A stretch of 64,000 bases of DNA from a virus (Duplodnaviria; Caudoviricetes). A program made the position numbers and the translations under genes. The notes under the pieces were generated by a model. The model worked only from the letters and a program-made list of their open reading frames with translations. It had not been told where the DNA came from and ran no database searches. Below, in pieces: positions 54,940 to 64,000 of the stretch (the first letter of the stretch is position 1; each line of letters begins with the position of its first letter). The stretch is taken from positions 1 to 64,000 of the IMG/VR virus record IMGVR_UViG_3300035428_000399. The stretch is one strand, 5' to 3'.

Positions 54940-55241
54940 ATGGAACAAACTATGTCTATATTCTCGATTTTACGCAAGGAATCCTGAATATAATTCACCT
55001 GACCCCCGAAGAGGTCAAAGCCTCCGAAAGCTACGAATCTTTTGAAGAATTCCTTGCGACTCTTGAAGAAAAGTACGGATTCTCGTTATCCAACTGTCAA
55101 TGGATGTGTAGCGAGACCCTAAAAGTCTATCTCTACGAAAATGGTAAAGAAGCCGATGCGCCCCTCACAGATTACGTCAAACAGATGCTTCAGAAGAGCG
55201 AGAACGACAGACCCTTAAACTTCCATCGTAAGAATATGTAA
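54940..55241 (+). pseudogene. ORF frameshifted just after its start codon
   Basis: ATG GAA CAA A(A)C TAT GTC...: adding one A at 54947-54949 gives MEQNYVYILDFTQG...EKYGFSLSNCQWM. Confidence 0.55.
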
Positions 55242-55253
55242 CACTATAATCGC

Positions 55254-55706
55254 ATGAAAGAAACGACCACCACCATTGTAACTACCGAGGTTACAAGACG
55301 TGCCCCAAAGAAAAAGACCATTGTCGGTGCAGACCATATCGTGTCCGATGGCCGGGCATATATCGTGGAGCACCATGCCGCTCGTTGGCCCGGCGAAGGC
55401 AAAGGAATCCCACGAGTATCAGTTCAGGAAACAAAAGCCAAAATGCAGGCAGGGCTATCCAACAGTATGGGTCCCAAGCAGACCGAAGGTAGAATGTGTC
55501 TCGCGACATCGCTATTGCATCTGTCGGCTATCAGGAATGGGCTTTGCGACATCGCATCACATCCGGACCTAAGCCTCCTCGATAACGATGATTGCGAAAG
55601 GCTCCAGATTATCGCCGTCCAACTCAACGAGTTCATCCCCATATTAAGAGACATCATGACTAAACGCGTCTCTCTGTTCGCCAACTACCAATTCCCAGCT
55701 TTCTAA
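55254..55706 (+). CDS. hypothetical protein
   Basis: A-rich start context. Confidence 0.55.
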   Translation: MKETTTTIVTTEVTRRAPKKKTIVGADHIVSDGRAYIVEHHAARWPGEGKGIPRVSVQETKAKMQAGLSNSMGPKQTEGRMCLATSLLHLSAIRNGLCDIASHPDLSLLDNDDCERLQIIAVQLNEFIPILRDIMTKRVSLFANYQFPAF

Positions 55707-55765
55707 TCATTAACGAAGCGTCCGAAAGAGTTAAGGATATTGCATCAGATATTCCCACAAGGCCA

Positions 55766-55987
55766 GTGGAAGAGCTGATGAAGTATTATTTCACCACATT
55801 CGTGGACAAGGACGGAAAAATACTCTCAATAAAAATTGACGAGTGCGATTACCAACTATATTTCGACATCGAGAGACAATCCGATAACACGTATGCCCTC
55901 ATGGGCGAGGTGGAAATCTTCATTAATTCCACATACATCGGAATGTTTGACAAAGACATGAATTATATACCCCCGAACGAAGAATAA
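55766..55987 (+). CDS. acidic hypothetical protein
   Basis: last ORF before the terminator. Confidence 0.45.
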   Translation: MEELMKYYFTTFVDKDGKILSIKIDECDYQLYFDIERQSDNTYALMGEVEIFINSTYIGMFDKDMNYIPPNEE

Positions 55988-56032
55988 ACGCCTCAAAAAT
56001 GGGTAAAAGAGTGAAGTTGCAATTTCACTTTC

Positions 56033-56061
56033 AAGGCTCGGCTCAACGCCGGGCCTTTTTT
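56033..56061 (+). terminator. intrinsic terminator ending the accessory block
   Basis: AAGGCTCGGC-TCAAC-GCCGGGCCTT-TTTT. Confidence 0.75.
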
Positions 56062-56221
56062 GTTTCATTTTCTTCGCAAACGGTAGCCTTGACACATCAC
56101 TCAGTGAGTAAAACAAAACGTGGTTCTATTAAAACTACCGCGTGTCCATTCAACTTGCCTGCGACAAAATTTCTTGACACTCAAATTATTAGCCTTAGCC
56201 TCCATTTACAGATTTACTGCA

Positions 56222-56285
56222 CTCACGGTTGCACCTTATTCTCTTAACACCTTGATATTTAGCTCATAAACCGTGAGTAACTTTG
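56222..56285 (+). promoter_or_regulatory. head-operon promoter with flanking inverted repeat
   Basis: TAACTTTG 56278-56285; CTCACGG 56222-56228 / CCGTGAG 56271-56277. Confidence 0.55.
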
Positions 56286-56318
56286 ACATTGAATTAAACT
56301 AATAATACCAATCCCGCA

Positions 56319-57644
56319 ATGGCAAAACTCAAAATCTACAGCGATATAGTCGATGAGGAGCAGAAGCTTTGCATGGAGTCTTTCGGCGGTCCCGAAGGGG
56401 TTTGCTACAAAGACGTCCAGGAATTCATCGAGGCTATTCCGGAGGATGATAACGCCATAGACATCCGCCTGCACTGTTGCGGCGGCGACTGTGGCGAGGG
56501 ATGGGCCATTTATGATGCTCTCCGCCGGTCCGGCAAGACCATTTCTGCCACCGTAGAGGGCGAGTGCTCATCCATTGCATCTGTCATACTTCTTGCGGCT
56601 CCGGCAGAACGTCGGTACGCCAACAAGAATATGCGTATGTGCCTGCACAATCCGGCATACGAGTACCTGATGACAGATATGCCCGTCCGCTATACTCCCG
56701 ATAAACTCGACGCTCTCATTTCCGACCTGGAGGTTCAGTCCAAGTCCCTGCGTGAGGAGCAGGACAGGATTCTCGACTTGTATGTGGAGCGCACCGGTGC
56801 CAACCGCAAGGCGCTTCAAACTCTCATGGATAAGGACACTTTCATCGACGCAAACCGCGCTCAGGAGCTTGGCTTTATCACTCATATTCTCGTTCCTACG
56901 ACCGCTCACAGATTCAGGAAACGCAATATCAAAACCAAATCAAATAACAAAACTATGGCTAAACCCAACCCCACTGCAGGTACTCCTGCAAAGAAGCCTT
57001 CGGCCCTTTCCCGTTTCCTCGCGAAAGCCGGACTGGCCCGCGCAAAGGCTCAGGTCGTAACAGCCGCTGACGGCAACGAGTTTACCGTCGAGCGAGAGGA
57101 CGGCGACCCGCAGATCGGTGACGTTGCATATCCCGACGGCACCTATGTGCTCGACGACGGCCTCAAGATTGTGGTCGAAGGCGAGATTATCACCGACATC
57201 ATCCAGCCCGAAACGGAAGGTGGCAACGGCGACGACCCTGACCCCGTCGACTCCATGGATGATCCCGATGAAATCCGCGCCATTATCGCAGAGCTTCAGG
57301 GACGTCTCCAGGAAATCGACCCGGATGCAACACCCGAAGAGACCGCTCCCCAGGTCGAAGAACTCCAGAAGACCGTCGAGGAACTCCAGCAAACGGTAGA
57401 AGAGCAGAAGACCGAGCTCAAGAACGCCCGCGCAATCGTCGCCAAGGTCAACAAGGCCGGCGGTATGCCCTGGCTCGACGCAGCTCTCGGTATGCGCTCA
57501 TCTTTCACGCCTCAGAACCGTCGATTCGTCTCCCACGGTGCCCCCGCCGGCAAAGCCCAGGAGGAGTCCACCGAGTCCAAGACGCAGAAGGCAATTCGCG
57601 AGCGTCGCGAAGCCGCTGCTGCCAAGCGCGCAAAGCGCAACTAA
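56319..57644 (+). CDS. ClpP-like prohead protease fused to a scaffold
   Basis: IRLHCCGGD...IYDAL...VEGECSSIASVI...MCLHNP; acidic coiled-coil C-terminus. Confidence 0.88.
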   Translation: MAKLKIYSDIVDEEQKLCMESFGGPEGVCYKDVQEFIEAIPEDDNAIDIRLHCCGGDCGEGWAIYDALRRSGKTISATVEGECSSIASVILLAAPAERRYANKNMRMCLHNPAYEYLMTDMPVRYTPDKLDALISDLEVQSKSLREEQDRILDLYVERTGANRKALQTLMDKDTFIDANRAQELGFITHILVPTTAHRFRKRNIKTKSNNKTMAKPNPTAGTPAKKPSALSRFLAKAGLARAKAQVVTAADGNEFTVEREDGDPQIGDVAYPDGTYVLDDGLKIVVEGEIITDIIQPETEGGNGDDPDPVDSMDDPDEIRAIIAELQGRLQEIDPDATPEETAPQVEELQKTVEELQQTVEEQKTELKNARAIVAKVNKAGGMPWLDAALGMRSSFTPQNRRFVSHGAPAGKAQEESTESKTQKAIRERREAAAAKRAKRN

Positions 57645-57675
57645 TCTCAATCGTGTAACAATTTAATCCGAAGTT

Positions 57676-58740
57676 ATGATTAACTGGAATCAATTTACCG
57701 TAGACAACGGGGCGATTAACGACCTTCGAGAGTTGCTCTTTCTCACGGTGTATGATGACCCGGACATCGACCTGACGGTAACGACCAAGACTGGCGTTAC
57801 CAACGGCCAGAAGCTCGGCTACATCAACGACCTCGGCGATGTCGGTGAAAAGGGCGGTGGTTGCGACCCCACTTACACGTCTGTGAACATCACCGGCATT
57901 CAGAAGGAATGGGAACTCGGTGGCTGGGAAATCCCCAAGGAAATCTGCTACGAAGACCTCGAGAACACCATCGCGGAGTCGTCCCTCAATACTGGCACCG
58001 ACATCGCATATCTCCAGGACACTCCATACTGGGACCTCGTGCTCATGCCTCTTCTCGAAAAGGCTATCCGCGAAATGTTTTGGCGTATCGCGTGGTTCGG
58101 CGACAAAGACGCCAATAATCTCACTGACGGTGGTATCCTCAAGGCTGGCATCAAACCCTCGCTCTTCACAATGTGCGACGGTCTTTGGAAGCGCCTTCAG
58201 GCCATCATCGCTGCCAATAACAATCAGAGGACTATCATCGCGGCTAACGAAGAGACAACTTACCAGGCTCAGAAGAATGGGTTGCTCACTCCGGGCACCG
58301 CGATCAAGATTTTCGACACGCTTCTGTCCGACGCAGACTCTCGCATCTTCGACGACAGCAAGGCTGCCATCTTCTGTACGACCTCTATGTTCAAGGCTCT
58401 CCGCACCGATATCGTGGAACGCTACGGCAAAACCACAATGCCTTTCGAGAACGTAGGTTCCGGCATCACACTCTCAGAGTATGACGGCCGTCCCATCTAT
58501 GCCATTGACATCTGGGACCGCATGATTGCTAAGTACGAGGACACTGGGACTGCTCTGAACTGTCCACACCGCGCTATCGTCTGCTCCCCCGAAAACCTTT
58601 TCGTGGGTACCAACGATAAGGACAAGATCGCTAACCTCAGTATCTCTTTTAACGACAAGGACCGCAAGAACTACATCTACGCCGCTTCCAAAATCGGTAC
58701 TCTTGTAGGTGAAGACGCACTAGTCCAGGTTGCAATCTAA
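57676..58740 (+). CDS. major capsid protein
   Basis: 354 aa directly after the protease/scaffold; strongly biased codon usage. Confidence 0.8.
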   Translation: MINWNQFTVDNGAINDLRELLFLTVYDDPDIDLTVTTKTGVTNGQKLGYINDLGDVGEKGGGCDPTYTSVNITGIQKEWELGGWEIPKEICYEDLENTIAESSLNTGTDIAYLQDTPYWDLVLMPLLEKAIREMFWRIAWFGDKDANNLTDGGILKAGIKPSLFTMCDGLWKRLQAIIAANNNQRTIIAANEETTYQAQKNGLLTPGTAIKIFDTLLSDADSRIFDDSKAAIFCTTSMFKALRTDIVERYGKTTMPFENVGSGITLSEYDGRPIYAIDIWDRMIAKYEDTGTALNCPHRAIVCSPENLFVGTNDKDKIANLSISFNDKDRKNYIYAASKIGTLVGEDALVQVAI

Positions 58741-58751
58741 ATCGAGAAGCT

Positions 58752-59348
58752 ATGGCTGCAGAAAGTTGTGATTACCAGTTGGCCGCTGACCTGGTGGCCA
58801 GCTGTACCGTAAAGCCGGTTAAAGGTATCAAGTCCCATGGTTTCATCATGAACTACAACGATATTGACATGGAGGCCACCGCACGCGATGAGAATAACCC
58901 CAATATCGTGAAGTCCCTCATTTTGAAGACCGGTAAGAAGGCCTACAAAATGTATGTTCCGGGCAAGAGCCCATACACTGGCACGAAAAAAACTATGTCA
59001 GCCGGAACATACCGTAACCGATTCAACAAGGACGTATCCATCGTCATCCTCGACAACGGACCCGATGTGTCGCACAACATCATCGACCAGCTCGCCAACG
59101 GCACTTTTGTAATCGTGCTTGAGAACAAATTCCCAGGCTCGGATAACAAGAACACTTTCGAGATCTATGGACTCGAAGCCGGCCTTACCGCGACTGCGCT
59201 CGACGATGATAAGTATTCTGACGACACCGAAGGCGGTTGGCTTGCAACCCTTCAGGAAGAGAATGCCCCGACTTCAGGCATCTTTTTGTTCGGCGAAAGT
59301 CTGTCAGCAACTCGCACAGCCCTTGAATCTCTCGTCAGCGGTTCATAA
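58752..59348 (+). CDS. structural protein (major tail protein-like)
   Basis: FVIVLENK...FEIYGLEAGL motif; follows the capsid gene. Confidence 0.6.
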   Translation: MAAESCDYQLAADLVASCTVKPVKGIKSHGFIMNYNDIDMEATARDENNPNIVKSLILKTGKKAYKMYVPGKSPYTGTKKTMSAGTYRNRFNKDVSIVILDNGPDVSHNIIDQLANGTFVIVLENKFPGSDNKNTFEIYGLEAGLTATALDDDKYSDDTEGGWLATLQEENAPTSGIFLFGESLSATRTALESLVSGS

Positions 59349-59356
59349 TCTGCCAT

Positions 59357-60169
59357 ATGGGAAGCTACGAAGATACAATGTTGCAAATGTCTGAAATGAA
59401 AAGCCGTTTCCAGAGCGGCTTTTCATCTTCAGATAGGTTGCTTCTTGATTCGTTACATCGGTTGCTGTTTGGTAAGGAGATTACCAACACCGGCTGTAGT
59501 GACTGCTATCGTGACGCTTACGTCATCATTTACAACCACCTCAAAAAAAGTAAGACTATGCCCGAAAAGCCTAATTATGTACTCAAGGCCGGTGCCCTCA
59601 TACACCCGGCCGGCACGTCAAATTTCTATGTAAATCCCATTCCGGATGAGGTTGCCGAGGAACACCTCAGCAAATATCCCAGCGAAGTCAACAAATTCGC
59701 TCACCTTCCTACGGACTGGGAAGACCGCGTAGCCGCATATAAAGCCCGCAAACTGGCTCAGACAAAAAAGAAAGCCGAGGAAGCCAATAACGAAGTTCCG
59801 ACAACTTCTGCCGAGGATGCCGAAAAAATCAAAGCCCTCGAAGCACAGCTCACCGAAGCGCAGGAGGCTGTGAAGAAATCCGACGCACTCCACAAAGAGG
59901 CAGAGGAAAAAATCAAGACCCTCGAATACGACAAATCCACGCTTGAGCAGGAAATCGAAGGGCTCAAAGCCGCACTCGAAGGTCGGACCGTAACCGACGG
60001 CGAGGGCGAAGAGTCCGATGAACTGGCCGAAGTCCGCATGGAACTGGCGACCACAAAAGCCGAACTCGAATCCGCCAACGAGGAGATTGCCTCCCTAAAA
60101 AGCGATAACCGCGCACTCAAAGCTGCCAACACCCGGCTCAAAAACAACGGTGCCAAGGACACCGAGTAA
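59357..60169 (+). CDS. coiled-coil hypothetical protein
   Basis: GCSDCYRDA near the N-terminus; heptad repeats. Confidence 0.6.
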   Translation: MGSYEDTMLQMSEMKSRFQSGFSSSDRLLLDSLHRLLFGKEITNTGCSDCYRDAYVIIYNHLKKSKTMPEKPNYVLKAGALIHPAGTSNFYVNPIPDEVAEEHLSKYPSEVNKFAHLPTDWEDRVAAYKARKLAQTKKKAEEANNEVPTTSAEDAEKIKALEAQLTEAQEAVKKSDALHKEAEEKIKTLEYDKSTLEQEIEGLKAALEGRTVTDGEGEESDELAEVRMELATTKAELESANEEIASLKSDNRALKAANTRLKNNGAKDTE

Positions 60170-60181
60170 TACCCGCGCTCG

Positions 60182-61381
60182 ATGAATATAACCAACGTCA
60201 AACGTTCTCCCAAGCGCCTCACAACCGCCTACTGGAGTACTCTCAATATCCAGGCATATGGTAGGGATAATCTCTACCCCCAGCGTATGCTTGACTTGAT
60301 ATTGAATAGTCCGACGGGGGGAGGATGTTGTGAGCGTTACCAAACATTCATCGAAGGGAACGGCCTTAATGACACCAAATTCTCCGAGTATGTGGTAAAC
60401 CGCGCAGGAGATACAGTGGACGACATCTTTCGTCTCATCGCTCAGGATATGGCACAATTCCACGGGTTCGCCTTACACGTCAATTATAATCTTGCCTGTG
60501 AGGTTGTGGAACTGCACCATATTCCATTCCAGAACTGTCGGCTCGAAGAGGAAACAGAAAACGGCAGCGTTATCTTCATCAACGTACATCCCGATTGGAC
60601 CGGTAACAAAACTCGCAAGGGCAATAAAATCCTCGTAGATAAAAAGCATGTCGATAAAATCTACACTTTCAATCCCATAAAGGAAGTAATTTTATCTCAG
60701 ATAGTCGAGTCAGGCGGCATAGACAAATACAAGGGCCAGATTCTATGGTTCTCCATGGACGGTCGATTTGAATATCCTAAGCCCATCTACGACAAGGTCG
60801 TGACTAACCTTTCTACAGACGAAGGACTCGACAATGTGAAGTACCGCAATACGCGCAACAACTTCCTGATGTCGGGTATGCTCATGCACAAAAAAGGAGT
60901 GGCATCCGGACTTGACGATAATGGCGATACAAATCAGGATTCTACGCTCGATGATGTAGACTTCGCGCAGAGTCTCGATGCATTCCAAGGCGATGTAAAT
61001 GCTTGCTCTATCATAGACGTAACATACAACTCGGAGGAAGACAAGCCTGATTTCGTACCCTTTGAATCCACGAATTTCGATGACAAGTTTGACTCTACGG
61101 AGAAGAGTGTGACGGAAAGAATTTACTCTGCTTTCGGTCAAGAACCTTGGTACTTGATTCGTACCGGCAAAACTGGATGGAGTGGCACCGCCGTGCAGGA
61201 GGCATACGAATACTATAATTCCTATGTCGCGAAAGAACGACGAGCGATCTCAAGAGAACTGAAGAAAATATTCGACCATTGGTTTGAGGATGTCAATCCC
61301 AGCGGAGATTACTCTGTCCAGCCTTTAGTCTATGTCACCAATCAATCCAACGAAAGTAATGGAGCACATAATAAGTCCTGA
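60182..61381 (+). CDS. portal protein
   Basis: AYGRDNLYPQ...SPTGGGC...HIPFQNCRL...IYSAFGQ. Confidence 0.8.
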   Translation: MNITNVKRSPKRLTTAYWSTLNIQAYGRDNLYPQRMLDLILNSPTGGGCCERYQTFIEGNGLNDTKFSEYVVNRAGDTVDDIFRLIAQDMAQFHGFALHVNYNLACEVVELHHIPFQNCRLEEETENGSVIFINVHPDWTGNKTRKGNKILVDKKHVDKIYTFNPIKEVILSQIVESGGIDKYKGQILWFSMDGRFEYPKPIYDKVVTNLSTDEGLDNVKYRNTRNNFLMSGMLMHKKGVASGLDDNGDTNQDSTLDDVDFAQSLDAFQGDVNACSIIDVTYNSEEDKPDFVPFESTNFDDKFDSTEKSVTERIYSAFGQEPWYLIRTGKTGWSGTAVQEAYEYYNSYVAKERRAISRELKKIFDHWFEDVNPSGDYSVQPLVYVTNQSNESNGAHNKS

Positions 61382-61874
61382 TGAGGTCGTAAAACTCGGC
61401 CGCCCAATCGGGAAAGTCGAAGAAGCCAAATTACTCGCCTATATCACCGAGGCCGAACAGATGAACATCAAACCGGCCCTCGGTGACGAACTGTTTCTAA
61501 GCATTTTGACCGAGGGAGAGGAAAACGACCTCTATAAAGTTCTGCTTAATGGCGGTACTTACAAGGATGCGAATGAGTGTACCCGCACTTTCGTGGGATT
61601 GAAAGTCACTATGTCCTACTATGTCTACGCGCAGAACGTCATGAGTGGCGATTTCCAAAGCACCAGATTTGGCATCGTAGTCAAGCAGGGGGATTATTCA
61701 CGCGAGATCTCCAGCAAAGAGAGGTCCGATTGCTACAACAACGCCCTGGAAGTGGCTCATCACTATCTTCAGGAGTGTGTTGCATACTGCAAAGCCAAGA
61801 GCCTTTTCAAATCGAATAAATCCCGCCGTGTGGTTTCCACGGGCGGATGCACCATACGCAAAATCGGAAACTAA
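61359..61874 (+). CDS. head-tail adaptor-like protein
   Basis: YITEAEQMNIKPALGDELF...YYVYA; follows the portal. Confidence 0.65.
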   Translation: MEHIISPDEVVKLGRPIGKVEEAKLLAYITEAEQMNIKPALGDELFLSILTEGEENDLYKVLLNGGTYKDANECTRTFVGLKVTMSYYVYAQNVMSGDFQSTRFGIVVKQGDYSREISSKERSDCYNNALEVAHHYLQECVAYCKAKSLFKSNKSRRVVSTGGCTIRKIGN

Positions 61875-61886
61875 ATCAATCTGACA

Positions 61887-64000
61887 ATGGGTCTGAATAA
61901 TAAAACCAATCTCAAAAGTCAGGCCGACCTTATCAGATATGAGGACGGCGAGGGAAAAAATACAGCTGAACGTGTCGGCAAGGTAATTGCCGAGATTATC
62001 ACAAATGCCGATCTGTCTCTAACGACAGAGACTACCGAGCGCGTTGCAACGGATAATGCGCTCCAGCAGAGTGTGACGATAGCATCAAACACCGCAACTA
62101 CGGCCTACAATGAGGCTAAAGACGCTAAGACCAAAGTCTCGGCGGCTCAGTCAACAGCCAATGATGCCAAAACAACTGCTAATGCAGCAAAAGCTGTTAC
62201 AGATACGAAAGGACGCCCGGGTGGTCTTGCGACACTTGACTCCGATGGGAAAGTGCCGGCGAATCAACTTCCAGGATATGTTGACGATGTAGTTGAGTTC
62301 AATGCCACAGTAAGTGGCGTAACATCCCAAATGGCATCAAGTGCACATAAATCAACTGATGCCGGATGTATGGTAGTGTATGACACAGACCATGATACAT
62401 TTATACTCGCTGTATCCAAAATTGCCATATCCGATGCAACCGAATGGAGCGCCGTAAAGCGTCCGATTAAGGGCTCCAATATTGCCACTTCAGACTTAGA
62501 AGTAGGAGAGGCACAGAAACTCAATGTCACTGATTATTGGCAAATAAACGACGGCAGCGCAATTCTGCGTCCATCACAGTTTACTTATTACAACAACTGG
62601 CTTGATGGAGACTCTTTCGGAGAGGGAACGCTGAATGGTCGCGTACCCAAAGCCGGGAAAATCTACACATGCACCTCAAACAACAAGACTTTCCGTTGGA
62701 GTGGTTCGGAACTCGTTACAATCGGCTCTGACCTCGCGCTTGGTCGCACGGCCAGCACAGCTTTTCCCGGAGATGCAGGTGCACAGCTCGAAGAAACGGT
62801 TAGCAATTACGGTAACTTGATTATTCAAAACGAAAGCCATATCAATAGCATTGGCATTCTTCCCTGCGACGGCCAATGGGACGGCAAAGGAACCGCTCCA
62901 ACGTCAGGTGTATGGCTTATTCCAAGCGAAGCGTATGAAAACGCCGTATGCTTTGAATCTTACGGTAATACCGATTTCTATGGCTATGCCCCCGAAGTCT
63001 ACAATTCTGACGAGCAATACAATCCAGGCTACATCTACCGTATCGGGGACGGATTATTCCGCATAGTCAATAACAAATTAGAGTCAACATCCGGCTCCGC
63101 TGTTGGCAATACCTACAATGCAACGGTCGAGATACCACTGCCTGCCGGAGAGTATTACTCCGACATTATGGCTGAGACACAGACGCATAACGTTCTCACA
63201 GCTGTATTCAACGAGGGTAAGGCCTCTCTCGGTCTGACTATAACATTCGCCATCGGTCCCAGCTCATGGAAAACCTACCAATATGTCGGTCCGAACACAA
63301 CCAGTCCGCAGTTTCTCAATGTCAACAACTGGATTGACATGGCTGGTATGTCGGCCGGTGCCGAAGCCATTATCAATGTCGATGCACTATGTCCTCGCAA
63401 AGTTGCCGGATATTATGACAAAGGAAGTGCCATTGACGCCATCCTCGAATTGCAGAACGCATCAGGCATCAAATATGCGAAGAGTGGTCTTGTCATCACA
63501 TTCCGCACGGGCGAATACGCATGGGAAGCCTACCAGTTCACCGGCGAGGTTTCCGACTTCTCCAACAAAGACCTTTGGAAGCAGTTTGGTGGAGGTGGAA
63601 CGGTAAAGACGTCCGCAACCCCAGAAAAAGACGGCAAGGATGCATTCTCTACCGGTGGCGCATACGATATGCAACAGAACGCTTTCGATCATCTTGACGT
63701 AGACCAAGATGCCGAGAACCACATCATCAAAGCCATCAACAAGCTCGGCAACGAAATGGGCCAATCCATCTCTATCCCCAAGAGTAATGGAGGAGGCTCT
63801 GTGTCCGGCTCGTCGCTTAATATCTATTTGGAAAACCCGGCGGTTTATGCTGCATTTGGCTCCGAAATTTCAGTTCGAGCAGCCATCAAGTCTGTAACAT
63901 TCGATGGACAGGGAAGTAACGTGACCGAGGTGCTCGGTGTAATCCGCCGTCTGGAAATCATCGATGCTACTTCCGGACTTACCTTATGGAGCGAGGCTAT
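61887..64000 (+). CDS. tail fibre / large virion protein, truncated by the window end
   Basis: frame appears open from ATG 61887 to the end (not fully translated by hand); GLATLDSDGKVPANQLPGYVDDVVEF and KTFRWSGSELV...ALGRTASTAFPGDAG motifs. Confidence 0.7.
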   Translation, partial: MGLNNKTNLKSQADLIRYEDGEGKNTAERVGKVIAEIITNADLSLTTETTERVATDNALQQSVTIASNTATTAYNEAKDAKTKVSAAQSTANDAKTTANAAKAVTDTKGRPGGLATLDSDGKVPANQLPGYVDDVVEFNATVSGVTSQMASSAHKSTDAGCMVVYDTDHDTFILAVSKIAISDATEWSAVKRPIKGSNIATSDLEVGEAQKLNVTDYWQINDGSAILRPSQFTYYNNWLDGDSFGEGTLNGRVPKAGKIYTCTSNNKTFRWSGSELVTIGSDLALGRTASTAFPGDAGAQLEETVSNYGNLIIQNESHINSIGILPCDGQWDGKGTAPTSGVWLIPSEAYENAVCFESYGNTDFYGYAPEVYNSDEQYNPGYIYRIGDGLFRIVNNKLESTSGSAVGNTYNATVEIPLPAGEYYSDIMAETQTHNVLTAVFNEGKASLGLTITFAIGPSSWKTYQYVGPNTTSPQFLNVNNWIDMAGMSAGAEAIINVDALCPRKVAGYYDKGSAIDAILELQNASGIKYAKSGLVITFRTGEYAWEAYQFTGEVSDFSNKDLWKQFGGGGTVKTSATPEKDGKDAFSTGGAYDMQQNAFDHLDVDQDAENHIIKAINKLGNEMGQSISIPKSNGGGSVSGSSLNIYLENPAVYAAFGSEISVRAAIKSVTFDGQGSNVTEVLGVIRRLEIIDATSGLTLWSEA

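Noticed and set aside
57350-57410. Tandem repeat in the protease/scaffold gene (GAACTCCAG twice)
   Set aside because: Explained by coiled-coil heptads (VEELQKT VEELQQT)

Overview
The whole window is a large temperate phage or prophage of a Bacteroidota host, inferred from TTTG-N20-TAnnTTTG promoters and A-rich translation starts without Shine-Dalgarno sequences. No integrase, att site or host genes are visible. Layout: repressor and switch (0.3-1.1 kb); recombination and replication with an iteron origin (1.4-8.9 kb); a PRTRC ubiquitin-like cassette (9.9-13.4 kb); accessory and anti-defence genes, including an Acb2/Tad2-like fusion and two radical SAM genes (13-23 kb); a ParB-ParB-ParB/methyltransferase cluster, terS, an intein-containing SNF2 helicase and terL (23-31.5 kb); tail genes (31.6-40.5 kb); a 15.6 kb accessory block (40.7-56 kb); head genes and a truncated tail-fibre-like gene (56.3-64 kb). 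The most striking unexplained structure is non-coding. A roughly 117-nt minus-strand sRNA candidate (about 22999 to 22883) has its own promoter and terminator, and is complementary to motifs repeated in the leaders and start regions of many phage genes. A 238-nt tRNA-shaped RNA with about 187 nt in place of the anticodon and variable arms lies at 53537-53774. All protein family calls are from motif recognition by eye, not database searches.
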